Shown: positions 1-11,930 of the stretch, piece after piece
How positions within the stretch are numbered: the stretch's first letter is position 1
How the letters are laid out: every line of letters begins with the position of its first letter
DNA from: Narcine bancroftii
Taxonomy: Eukaryota
Length of the DNA: 64,000 nucleotides
Assembly (NCBI RefSeq): GCF_036971445.1
Contig: NC_091480.1
Location: 30,814,001 to 30,878,000 of the forward strand
Reading direction: 5' to 3'
Program-made: the position numbers and the translations under genes
The notes under the pieces: generated by a model
Databases searched by the model: none
Seen by the model: the letters and a program-made list of their open reading frames with translations, nothing else
What the model was told of the DNA's origin: nothing

Positions 1-979
1 AGGACATAGGTTTAAACAGAGAGAGAGATTTAAAAGTGGCTGAAGGGGTAACTTTTTCCACACAGATGGTAGTGGGTATGAGCAACGAGCTTCCAGAGAA
101 GATGTACAGGCAGGTACATTTTGTTTTTAACACAATGGTACACTGACCTGAAAGGGCCAAACATGGATAAACTTGGGTGTACAATTTAACGCTCATGGAT
201 GAGTTGGGCCAAAGGGCCTGCTTTCATGTCGTATGACTAACCTTGATTAATCCTTGCCTTGAATGATCACAGACAAAGGAACAGAACCAGGCCACTAGGC
301 CCATCGAGTCTGTTCCATAAATCTACACTAAGCTACTCTAGACTAGTTCCAATTTTTGGCCTATTCCCCTCCAATCAAGAATTCTGTTCCTTGGAGTCAT
401 TTAAAAAAAATATTGTGGAAAAATGTCAATCCAACATACAGCACTTTTGAATGTTAGGTAAAGAAAACACATACAACAAAATAAAACCATCAAATTTAAA
501 TCTCCCAACATTGTAGATTTGAATAGTTGATCTCAAATGCACTGTGGGGGTGGGGGGTGGAAGAGATGGAAAGATAGAGAGAAAAATAAAAAAAACAAAA
601 ATGCTGGAAATAATCAACTAATGGAGGTATTTTCTTTGCCTTGCATACAAAACTCAATTTGAGTTAACATTTCAAGTCAGTATCCGTTTGTTAGAAGTGG
701 GAAAATCTACAAATCAAATGTTTTAATGACTAATACCAACTGGAAAGAGCTTATCCAAAATTTTTGATTTCAATTTAAGCCTCAAGGGCTACAATAAGCC
801 CTATCAGAAGATGGCGGGCTTTCTCAAAACAGTGCAAGAAGCCAAGGACAGATGTCAGGATGGGCACAGGATAATAGGAATACAAGAGACAAGCATCTGC
901 AAGTTTAGAATTACTTTTGAAGACTGAATGAGGATGTTCTACAAAGCAGGTGTTCAATCTTCAATTCATATATATGGCT

Positions 980-1225
980 GCTCTTCATCGACTACAGCTC
1001 AGCCTTCAACACCATTATTCCCTCAGTGCTCAGCAAGAAACTACAAACTCTAGGCCTCTGTACCTCCCTCTGCAACTGGATCCTTGGCTTTCTCATCAGA
1101 AGACCACAGTGAGTACAAATTAGAAACAACATCTCCTCCTCAATGTTGTAAGAGAGTTACAATATGAATGCTTGCACCGTGACGTTGCTGCAAAACACCA
1201 CTTGCTCACGGCAATAAATTCTGAT
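980..1225 (+). mobile_element. Rex1/Babar-type LINE RT fragment
   Basis: CTCTTCATCGACTACAGCTCAGCCTTCAACACCATT encodes [12 protein letters not shown], followed by a CNWIL-FL motif; decayed. Confidence 0.7.
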
Positions 1226-1727
1226 TTCTCAACAGTAAAGGAGACCACTTAGTGCACAGCACGAGGTTATTTACTGCAAGTGGACAAGGTGAAAAGGCCT
1301 TACCTTCATTGGACAAGAAGGGCAGTTGAAAGAGTGAAGCAGAGAGTTGAAGAGAGAACATTCTCTTCAAAATATTGAAAGAGGTGACACCATATCAAAA
1401 AGGAAAAAAAAGCAGGTAAACACAACATAATGTCAGTTTTTAAATGACAATGAACAGCAGTCAACAGGCTCAAGCTACTCAATGTAGCACAGTCATCAAG
1501 AGAATCAGAAGGAAATGGGCATGCTGCAGTCTCCCTCTACACAGCTGTTGACTGATGCTCAGTGGGCCACTTGACTTTCCCTCAACGAGATATTTCAACA
1601 CGGAGAGACACTTTTAACAGGAAAATGCCCCGAGTGAAAATGGTGTTTCGTGACTGCGATGACAGGTTTGATCAGCACTCCGGAGAATGAGCATGCAGAA
1701 CGGCAGAGGGGCAGTTCATTAATTTAC

Positions 1728-1883
1728 CTGCAACACCACTTCCACGTCATAGGAGTTGCCTTTGCTTTTCTGGTGCCCCCTGAACTTGGAGCCGCTGTAC
1801 AGGAGCGTGGTCGCCACTCCAGGCTGCTGAGTGTTGATGGGAGGTGGCGGAATGAGGGAGGCCGCCTCGGTGCGGACCGGCAT
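1728..1883 (-). CDS. GID4: GID4 (GID/CTLH E3 ligase substrate receptor), first coding exon; remaining exons probably lie left of the window
   Basis: Translates [52 protein letters not shown], nearly identical to vertebrate GID4 as I recall it. It is 156 nt and ends CAG|GTAAAT (phase 0). No exon 2 was found in 1-1727. Confidence 0.95.
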
Positions 1884-2235
1884 CTCGCGATGTCCGCCCG
1901 CCCGCCCGGCCCACCCCCTGAGAGCGAAGAGGAAGGGAGGAAAGGGCAGGGAGAGAGGAATCTTCAGCCGAGAACTCCAATCGCCCCGGACCCCGCGCCG
2001 CTTCTCCTCCACAACCCCTGACAACGCGAGATGGCCGCACTCAGCCGCTGACGCACAGGGGCAACATCACCGTTTCCCATTGGCTCACCTTTTTTTTTTA
2101 ACCGTCACTGTACACTTTAAATGACGACACATTTCAATTGGCTGAGAGATGAGCTGCACATGCACTGTTGGCTGAGGACGTTGGATCAATGCGCTTGCGC
2201 TGTGTGTCAGATGCATTGTGGGTGTTGTAGTCATC
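1800..2235. promoter_or_regulatory. CpG-island promoter of GID4 with CCAAT, NRF1-like and ZNF143/SBS-like motifs
   Basis: GC/CpG-rich stretch. ATTGG at 2079-2083 and 2137-2141, TGCGCTTGCGC at 2190-2200, and 2210-2232 reads GACTACAACACCCACAATGCATC on the minus strand (ACTACA..CCCA..ATGCA SBS pattern). Confidence 0.75.
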
Positions 2236-2585
2236 TATTATCACTAATAGATCTAATGTGATCTAAACAGATTTCAGGTTTAGATGCATAGAAATAGAAC
2301 ACCAAATATTGAATGGATTTACTCTAAAAGTTCTTTACTTGTTTGCAATGTACTATTACTTAATGTTATTACTTTCTTTTAAAAAAAATTATTTATCTAC
2401 TTATTCATGTTTTCAAAGTAATTAAATTTTCTAAATTCATATTTCGGAAAATTGGCAAGGCCATTTAATACCAATCAATAATTGTCCTTGAGAGGTAGAT
2501 GCCTTCTTGAATTATTGCAATTTTTCTGGTAAAGTTGCATCCATGCTGCTCTGATGAAGAAATTCCAGTGTTTTAATTGAATGCT

Positions 2586-3900
2586 TGTGGTGACGCACGT
2601 TTGCAGCGGCGAACCGGCCCTACTTATCGGCGGGGCAGCTGCGGCAAGGATGGCATTGTGGGACCGTCTCCTCTAGTCCAGACCAGAAGGGTGCGTGTGC
2701 GCTTGCGCCATCGTGACGCAAGTGCCGGGATGTTAGGGGTGGGACCAGAGACGGGCTGCAGCATGGAATTCAAAATAGAGCAATTGTAATACTTGAGCTC
2801 ACAACCTGTGGTCTCAGTCTCTTAGCTGTACTCGCTTACAACATGCTACATTGGTGACCCCGATGAGTCTCCATGTCCTGAAGAGTCGACACAATGGAAG
2901 CAGCAGCTGTAGGCATCGTTGCGTTGAAGCTGCCAACGTTCTGGACAAACACTTGGTTTGGCCAAGCAAGGTCCAGATCCAGATCAAATAGATAATCTCC
3001 AATTTGATGCCATCAACTCGCTCGACCAGGAAGCCACTACATGAGTCGCTGACCTCATCCAGGCGCCACCAGAGGAAGGTAAATACATGGCTCTGAAAAA
3101 TCTCCTCATTAGCACATATGATCTCTTATGATGTGAGAGCTGCCAAGCTTCTGCACTTGGATGGCCTAGGCGATAAGACCCCCTCTGTCCTCATGGAAGA
3201 GATGCTCACTGTGGTGTTACGACCACCAGTCTACTGCAGGGGGTGATCTCTGTACCTGCAGGAAGACCACCTAAGGGCTGACTCCATCTAGCCGGCTGTC
3301 AATCAGCCAACTTGAATAGACCCCAGGGGGCTGACTCCAACTGGCTGGCTGTCAATCAGCCGACCAGAATAGACCTGAGCCGGCCCCTCCTGAGCCAGTC
3401 ACACTGGAGCCACTGAAGCATGAACTAGTGTTCAGACTTTTATCTGACTGTTGTACAGTCTTTTGAGTTTTGTGTTTGCTTTCTGCTACCTCAGTGCACC
3501 ACACTCACACTGGCGGAAGGGCACAAGCCCTGTCTCATGTTCGAGCACACATTCCTTGAACAGATGCCCAAAGACATCAGAAATGCAGACTTCAGCAACC
3601 TACACAAGGTTGCAGTTTGAGTGAACATTCTCTACCATTCCAAGTGTGAAGCTAGAGACTCAGTCAGCCGCATTATACGACCACCACCAAGGACAACGCC
3701 CAAATCTAATCCACTACATGAGCAGGCCCCACCAACGTTGGGGTGCGTCTGCACGCAGGTGCCGCTAGCCATGTTCATTCCAGGGAAACGACGTGGCTGC
3801 GGCAGCTAGCCAACCGAACAGCCTTCTGAATGTCTGGGACAGCATCTCAGGCCGCAGGTTCCTCATGGACACGGGGGTGAAGATAAGTGTCATACCACCT
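2586..3900 (+). mobile_element. Ty3/Gypsy 5' part: LTR 2586-2850, tRNA-Trp PBS, decayed gag and start of protease
   Basis: TGTGG...CTACA LTR directly followed by TGGTGACCCCGA at 2852 (complement of the tRNA-Trp 3' end). Gag-like VALKLPTFW and LHLDGLGDKTPSVLMEEML; protease-like FLMDTG near 3860. Confidence 0.85.
3210..3503. mobile_element. Solo LTR nested in the Gypsy gag
   Basis: Termini TGTGGTG...CACCACA; 5-bp TSD CTCAC at 3205-3209 and 3504-3508; gag reading continues across it; internal ~50-bp tandem duplication. Confidence 0.9.
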
Positions 3901-4169
3901 TAAATTGAAATGAATACTGTATTAGAGTGTCATGTTGTAAGATTAAACATCTCAAGGAAAGGGAATGTAATGATAGAGTGCTACTGATAATCCTGACCAC
4001 TAGAAGGAGTCAGAGATGAGTTGTTGCAGCTTGGAGTAGCTTCAAAACGGATGCCTCCATGAGGTCGTGAATACTAGAACTAATACATTATAGTTGTTAT
4101 AAAAGAACCCGTTTCTTTATTACAATAAAAGGAACATCACAAGCGGCACAAATTTTTCTTTTAAATTAT

Positions 4170-4392
4170 ACTTGCAATGGTAATAGGCCCTCTGGCACAA
4201 TATGCCCATGCTGCCCAAATACTCCAATTAACTTACATTTTGAAAGGTGGGAGGAAACCGGAGCATCCAGAGAAAACATACTTAGACATGGGGAGAATGT
4301 ACAAACTCATTACAGTCAGCACGGGATTCGAACCCTGGGTCACTGACACTGTAATAGCATTGCGCTAACTGTTATGCTAACCATGCTGCCCA
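4170..4392 (-). mobile_element. tRNA-derived SINE (related copies at ~16785-17250, ~24400-24510, ~40322-40566)
   Basis: The minus strand has A-box-like GGTTAGCATAAC and B-box GGGTTCGAATCC; copies share the GGGAGGAAACC(G/A)GAG core. Confidence 0.75.
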
Positions 4393-6959
4393 AGGACAGC
4401 CTTTTCCCCTCTGCCATCAGATTTATGAATGAATCAAAGGCTCGACCTCACTTTATCCTATTTTCTTGCACTATTATTTATTTTGATATGTAATTTGTAG
4501 TAATATTTGCACTCTAATGCTGTTGCAAAACAACGAATTTTGTGGCATGTTCATGACAATAAATCTGATTCTTCTGAAAAAAAAACACTCCTAGATTATG
4601 GATGATACCATCCACAGTGCCACTCTGTCCAGGTGAAGTTATTTTTATTGCTGCTCGTAGTATTTGTTTAATGCACAACCTTCTGATATACAGTATGGAC
4701 CCCCTGGAACTTGAAGGTACTAACCCTCTCCAGCTCTATCCCATCTGTAAAAACAGGTGTTTGGTCCCTTAGCTTCCCCTTTTGAATATCATAAGTTCCT
4801 TGATCTAGGTGACATTGAGAGCAAGATTGTTATCCTGGCACCATCTAACCAAATTTTTGATCTCTATCCTGTATTCCAACTCATCATTTACAGTTATCTG
4901 AGCAACAATGGTGTCATCAGAGAATTTGTAGATTTCATGGGAGCCCATCTTGTCAAATTTCTCAAATCAGTTTAGAATGCTTTTGTAAGTTTCTGAAATT
5001 TTTAATTTGTTATTTTGAAATGTTTCTTTTTAATTTAACTGAAAGGACTTGCTCACTCTGACGAAACAGTACATTGATTACAAGCACACCATATGTATTG
5101 AGTAAGTTGCTTCCAGTACAAAGAAACCATACTTAACAAAGATGACCATCATTGTCCGATCCTCAGGACCTTAGAGGTTCATCCTGTGAGTAGCTTTGAC
5201 ATGATCTCTTTTCCACCTACTGTCTGCTGCAGATTTCCTTCCCCTACCTCAAAGTCCATATTATGCTTTATTTGTTATCAGCCCTGTCAGACTTTGCTAC
5301 CATGATCTTGGACTTTCACATTACAATCCTGTACTTTACCTCCAATGTCCTTGGTCCATTGATAAGTGATTTAATTCCATCATTGTTTTCAACCTCCTAA
5401 TTCATTTGTTTTGAGAACCATTTCTAACATTTCTTGTTAGTGCATTTCTGGTACATGTAAGTAAAATTTTGTTGCCAAGACACTCTCTGACTTTCAAGAT
5501 TTCTTTATTATCAAGTAATAGCGGAGAACTTGTAATATTACACAAAATTGCCTTCTGCCGGTTGTAAGGCAGACAAACAGTTGCCATTAGAGGTATCCAG
5601 TGCTCCTTACAGCGAGAGAGAAAGAGAACAAAAGAGAGTCCCTTCAGTGTCACTGTGAATAGGCATCCAGTACTCCTGAAGCTCCTGATTGATCCATCGG
5701 CAACCCGAGCTCCAGACTTTCTATACGATCAGGAAGACTTAAGTATCTGAGGCCCTTTGAGAGTCCTTCTTGCTCTCAGCACTCTCTCAAATCCCAGCTC
5801 CAATACCTGGTGTCCTTGAGTCAGCCACCAACAGCCCGAAGTCCAGAAAGGTCCCCCCCAGCTGCGTACCCACAGCATGTATGAGTTCCTCGGCTGTTGA
5901 ACCCCTCGCTGGTCCACTGCTGTGGTCACCATTCTATATGGTTGTCGTCTCTGCTTCTTCTCAATGGGGGGTGGTGTTCTTCCTGTTTCTGGTGCCCTGC
6001 TCCTGCCCCCAGAGTCTGCAACCCTTGTGGCTGCTGTTGAGCTCAGGCACCGCCATCTTGGGCATAGACCCTGTGGTTGTAGGATTTTACTTACAAACAC
6101 TGTCAGCTCTTATAACAAGCCATTTGACTACCTGTACAGAGCTATCTTATTAGGACTGGGCAGTTGAATCCTGTGTCTCCGCTCCCCGCTCTCCTGGGTC
6201 CGCACTAAGGTCACAATCTACAGGTTAAAAACATTCCTGTTTCAGGCTTTCTCTGCAGTTGGCATCAACTTTAACTTAATTAACAATCACCATCTGCACA
6301 TTCATCTCAATCTATTTTAATGGTGAGTTACTATGTATTGTAATTGTTTTATAATAATGAATATATACTGCATTTATGTATTGAGTTAAACCATTTTGAA
6401 GTTAACAATTTATTAGAATGCTCATCTATGACAGTAATGACTAAGGCATTAAGGTATAACAGAAATGTGTCTACTGAAGCTATTACATGTAAAGTTAGTC
6501 TCAATGACCTTCTATCCTACCACAACTATTCAACCATAATAACTTAAATACTCACGGATACACTTTCGTCTTTCTTGAAAATGGTGGAATAGAATTCACG
6601 TCAGGAACAAAATGCTGGCAGATGACGTCTATAGTTGCAGTTTTTCACTGCTGCAGGATTGCTACAGTCTTCATGGTGTCCATCCATGACCAGTGGTCCC
6701 GAGACTATTTAAAACAATGTTGTTTTAAAGCAGGCCAATTCCCATCTTATTTCTTACATACACCACAATTCATTCTGATAACAAACCGGAAATGGCTCCA
6801 TCATCAAATTCATTCTTTTTCACTGATCATGGCCAGCCATTTTCCTTTCAGGTTCCTGAAGAGTCTCATCTAAACAAGCTCAGCAACAATGCTCCATCAT
6901 TTCATCTTGTTTTTGCGGCCTCTAATGGCAAAAACTGAACTGCAGAGGATCCTCTTTAA

Positions 6960-9900
6960 GTGAGACCTACAAAAGATGAGTCAACCTGGTCGGATACTGA
7001 AGGACTGCGCAGACCAATTGACGGAGGTCTTCATGGATATCTTCAACACCTCACTGCAGCAGTCCATCATCCCTACAGGTTTTAAGACAGCCACCATTAC
7101 CCTGGTACCCAAGAGGGTGACAACAATGACTCAATGACCACCACCCTGTGACACTGAAATCTACCATTATGAAATGAGCGACTAGTGATGGAATGCATCA
7201 AAGCACACCTCCCAGAGACACTGGACCTATTTAAATTTGTCTATAGAAGAAACCGGTCACAGAATATCCTTCACTCCATCCTGACCCATCTGGAGAACAA
7301 TATCTCATACTCCAGACTGCTGTTCATTGATTTCAGCTCGGCATTTAATATGATCATTCCCCAGAGGTTGGTGGGGAAGCTGTCCTCGCTGGGACTCAAC
7401 ACCCCTCTCTCTAACTGGACTCTGGACTTGCTAATGGAAAGATCACAGTCTATCTGGGTCGGAAGCACAATGCGCACCACAGGACTGTGTGCTCACCTCA
7501 CTCCTCTTCCTGCTACTGACCCATGACTGCTTCGTCAGATCCAGCTCCAACAGTCATCAAATTTTCAGATGACACAACAGTAGTTGGCCTCATCAGTAAC
7601 AACGATGAGTTGCACCAAGTTCCTTGGAGTTCACTTAACTAGTGACCTATCATGGGCACTCATCATCTCCTCACTTGTCAGGAAGGTGCAACAGCGATAT
7701 GCTCTATCAGTGACTCCAAAGACTGAGAGTGAGAAACAATAGGCTTTAATATACTTTAGATTGTAGCTGGTCAGGTCATAAGGGGAGGAGTTACTATGGA
7801 GCGAGTCATCAGTGGGCAGGCCCCCCCACTCATACACAGCAGTATATACATATCACCACATTCATCCCCTCTTTAAAACAAAACCCCAGATCCTAGAGGT
7901 TCAGCCAGTCGGGTGGTCTCCTCTCCCTCTGTGATCTGCACATCTCCGCCGGTGGTGGACTCTGTTGCCGGTTGTGTGTCTTGAGGCTGGGGAGGTAGGG
8001 TTTCTCTGTAGGAAGTGGGATTTGACTGTATGTGGGGGCAGTCATGGTGGTCGAAGCAGCTGGAAGGGGGAGTTCAGGGCTCGGGATGTGTCATTGACCT
8101 ACGCTGAGGGTGTGATGTGAGTGTAGATGGGATCAGGGTTGGCTGGGGTGGGAAGTGGGTAGGGTTCTCCAGCTTGTGCCAAGTCCCAGACAGGGACTGT
8201 GTCCTCATGGCTGTCGGGGTACAGCACGTAAGCATATTGAGGGTTGGCGTGCAGGAGTTGCACATCTTCGACCAACGGGTCGGTTTTATGGCCCCTTGCG
8301 TGTTTCCGCAGCTGGACGGGTCCTGGAGATGAGAGCCAGGGAGGCAGTGTGGTTCTGGTCGCTGACCTCCTGGGGAAGGAAAATGTGTTCATGTGGGGTC
8401 ATATGTGGGGCTTTTAAGTACATAAGAGGGATCAGATGGCATGGAGTGCTTCCGGCAGGACTTCCTACCAATGAGACACTGTCAGGCCTTTTAACTTAAA
8501 GGTAAGGAGGATGGCCTTCCAAACAGTGGCGTTTTCTCTTTCTACCTGGCTGTTCCCCCTGGGGTTGTAGCTTGTGGTCCTACTAGTGGCTATGGCTCTA
8601 GCCAACAGGTACTGCCACAGCTCGTCGCTCATGAAGGAGACCCCCAATCACTGTGAATATAGTTCAGAAACCCAAAGAGGGTGTATATGCTGCGGAGTGC
8701 CCTGATGACGGTGGCTGGGGTCATGTCAGGACAGGGGACAGCAAAAGGGAATCTGGAATACTTGTCGATGACGTTGAGGAAATAGACATTCCTGTTGGAT
8801 GAGGGCAGTGGCCCTTTGAAATTGATACTGAGTTGTTCAAGGGGGTGCATGTCTTTGATGAGGTGCGACTTGTCGGGCTGGAATAATTGTGGTTTACATT
8901 CTGCACAGACCCGACAATGTCTGGTCAGAAACCTGACATCCTCGATGGAGTACGGGAGGTTCTGAGCCTTTATGAAGTGGAACAGTCTCGTGACTCTGGG
9001 GTGACAGAGGTTGTCTTGGAGGCAGCCAAGATGTGCACTGGTGCACATCCCCTGAGATAGGACATCTGTGGGGGGGGGGGGGTTTGTTGAGCTTGCCTGG
9101 CCAATATAGGATATCATAGTTGTAGGTGGAGAGCTCGATTCTCCACCTCAGGATTTTATAGTTCTTGATTTTACCCTGCAGTTTGGTGTTGAACATAAAA
9201 ATGACAGGTCATTGGTCCGTTAGCAGGTTAAATCTTTTCCTGGCCAGGTAATGGCACCAGTGGCGTACTGCCTCAACGATCGCCTGTGCCTCCTTCTTGA
9301 GAGAGGAGTACTGTGTCTCGGGGCCATGGAGGGTGCGGGAAAAAAATGCCACTGGCCTGCCCGCCTAGTTGTGAGTGGAGGCCAGCGTGAAGTCGGAAGC
9401 ATCGCTTTTCACTTGGAATGGGGTGGATTCATCCATAGCATGCATCATGGCTTTAGCAATGACTCATTTGATTTGGGTGAATGCAGTCCGGGCTTCTGCC
9501 AATAAGGGGAAGTTTGTGGATCTTACCAGGGGGTAGGCTTTATCAGCATAATTGGGCACCCATTGGGCGTAGAAGAAAAAGAACCCCAAGCACCTTTTTA
9601 GCGCCTTGAGGTTGTGTGGGATTGAGAGCTCCATGAGGAGAAGCATGCAGATGGGGTCCGGTGGCAATGACACCATGGGCCAAGGACGGCCAGGCAGGTA
9701 GTGCTAAGCACACACCTCCTTATTGCAAGTCAAATTGAGGGACCTAGTGGTGTGGAGAAATTTGGCAAGGTTCGCATCGTGGTCCTACTGATCGTGGCTA
9801 CAGATGGTGACGTTGTCTCGGTAGGGGCAAGTGGCTGTCAGTTTGTGCCTGTTTACCATCTGATCCATCTCCCTCTGGAACACGGAAGGGCACCTGGAGC

Positions 9901-10445
9901 CTGCCATCCACTTCGAATGCAGTATATTGGTGATTTCCTGGGTGAAGGGGGCGTTGGTGGAACGCCGACTTCAGGTCAATAATGGAGAACACCCTGTATT
10001 GAGTGATCTTATTGACCAGCCACTCCTACACAGCAGTATATACATATCACCACACAGCGACTGCACTTCCTGAGAAGACTGAAGCAGGCAAGGCTACCGG
10101 CTCCATCACGTCAACCTTATACAGGAGCTCTTTCAAGAGTGTCCCAGCCAGCTGCAGTGTGGTACGTTTGCTGCAGAGAAATGGATCCACAGCACCATAA
10201 GAGAGGCAGAAAGGATCACTGGAGCCTCCCTCCCCCCCCACCACCCCATCACTTCCATCAACGTGATCAACTGGGATCGATGTCTGAAGAAGGAGCGCAA
10301 AATCCATCCCGCGTATAGCATCTTTCAGCTGCTCCCATTAGAGAAGAGATACAGGAGAATACTGAATGACCCAAGGAACTGCTCACACTAACCATCCGAG
10401 ATTCTCATATTTCCTTGTGCAATGAGGTGAAAATAAACTTGTCTT
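6960..10445 (+). mobile_element. Rex1/Babar LINE RT region, split by a Gypsy insertion at ~7697-10054
   Basis: ORF 7185-7526 contains LLFIDFSSAFNMIIP. The frame KVQ-QRLHFLRRL is rebuilt by joining 7696 to 10060. Confidence 0.85.
7697..10054 (-). mobile_element. Decayed, internally deleted Ty3/Gypsy LTR retrotransposon (RT-RNaseH-integrase)
   Basis: 3' LTR at ~7697-7860 preceded on the minus strand by a polypurine tract (7861-7874). The first ~34 bp of the LTR recur at 10021-10054. Pol fragments: FSIIDLKSAFHQ (RT), ILRWRIELSTYNYDI (RNase H), HPRVTR..CRVCAECK, IHSDWG and YNPRGNSQVERENAT (integrase). CAGCG is duplicated at both flanks. Confidence 0.92.
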
Positions 10446-11009
10446 GATAATGGAAGCCCCAGTGTCTGTCCCTTCAGAGTGAGGATACACAGGAATTTTG
10501 ATGCAGGTAATTCAGAGGAGAGGATTAACATATCAGGAACATTTGATGGCTCTGGGCTTGTTCTCCCTGGAGATTGGAAGGATGAATGGGGATCTCATTG
10601 AATATTAAAAGGGCTGGATAAAGTGGATATGAAGATGATGTGCTGGGAGATTCCAGGGGAACGTCCATTTAGAACAGAAGATATTGGTGAATCTGTGGAA
10701 TTCCTTGCCACAAATGTTTGTGGAGGCCAAATTATTGGATATATTTAAAGCAGAGGCTAATAGATTCTTGATTAGTAAGGGGGTCAAAGGTTAAGTGGAG
10801 AAGACAAGAGAATGAGTTTTCTCCTCTTACCTCTAATTGTCTTGTGAACTTAGATAGTGCAAGCTATTGACGCCTTTGGCGTGCACTGTAAATCTTTGTG
10901 TATTGACCAACCAGAAATGACGGGCAGCAGGGACAGGTCCATCCTTACCCGTATGCAAGTGGTTGCCACCAACATTTTGACATTTGTAGATCCAATTATC
11001 ATGAAACTT

Positions 11010-11930
11010 CAGAATTAGAGTAAGAATTTATTGTCATAAACAAGTCATAAAATCTGTAGTTTTGCAGCAGCGTCCACAGTGCAAACATTCATATAAACCA
11101 CCTTACAAAAATATTAATAAAAATAGAAAAGTCAAAGTAAGGCAATGTCTTTGGTTCATTCATCATTCAGGAATCTGATGGCAACAGAGAGGAAGGTGCC
11201 TTTGTACCGCTGAGGGCTCGTCTTCAGCTCATGTACCTTTTTCCCAATGGTAGCAGAGTGAAGTCTAGTGTCCTCGATATCATAGGCCGAGTTAACAGTC
11301 CTCTGGAGTTTTTTTTTTACTGTCCTTAGCAATGGCACCTCCATACCAGACAGTGATGCAACCAGCCAGAATGCTCTCTACAGAACATCTGTAGAAGTTT
11401 TTGAAAGTCTTTGATGACATACCGAATCTCCTCAGACACCTCACAAATCACGAGCCTTCTTCGTGATTGCATCAACATGGAAGCTCCAGGACTGATCCTA
11501 GAAAATGTTGACAGCCAGGAATTTGAAGTTCTTGACCATCTTCACTACTGAGCCCTCGATGAGGACTGGATCGTATTCCCCTGACTCCCTCCTGAAGTCC
11601 ACAATCATCTCCTTGGTTTTGTTAACATTGAGTGCAAGGTTGTTTATGTGCCACCACTCAACGAGCTGATCTATCTTCCTCCTGTATGATTCCTCATTGC
11701 TGTCTCTGATTCTGCCAACAACCATGGTGTCTTCAGCAAATTTGTAAATAGCATTGGAATTGTGCCTGGCCACACAGTCATGGGTGTATAGTGAATAGAG
11801 CAGTGGGTGAAGCCTGCATCCATGAGGTGTGCCTATGTTGATAGTCACTGAGGAGGAGACATTTATTTTTCCAATTTCACACTGTCTGTGGTCTTCCGAT
11901 GTGGAAGTCAAGGAGCCAGTTGCAGAGGGC
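11010..11930 (-). mobile_element. Rex1/Babar LINE 3' fragment
   Basis: ORF 11498-11911: GTPHGCRLHPLLYSLYTHDC, YKFAEDTMVVG, LNVNKTKEMIVDFRR. Confidence 0.85.

Noticed and set aside
1650-2124. Plus-strand ORFs over the GID4 exon, and minus-strand ORFs at 33168-33887
   Set aside because: Antisense shadows in GC-rich islands with no recognisable motifs.
3275-3375. Direct ~50-bp repeat, considered as a possible array
   Set aside because: Only two units inside an LTR with no spacers; not CRISPR-like.
5600-6290. Overlapping 80-127 aa ORFs, with similar ones at 25140-26110 and 53310-54070
   Set aside because: They lie in interspersed repeats or the L1 5' region and show low-complexity composition with no splice-supported gene.
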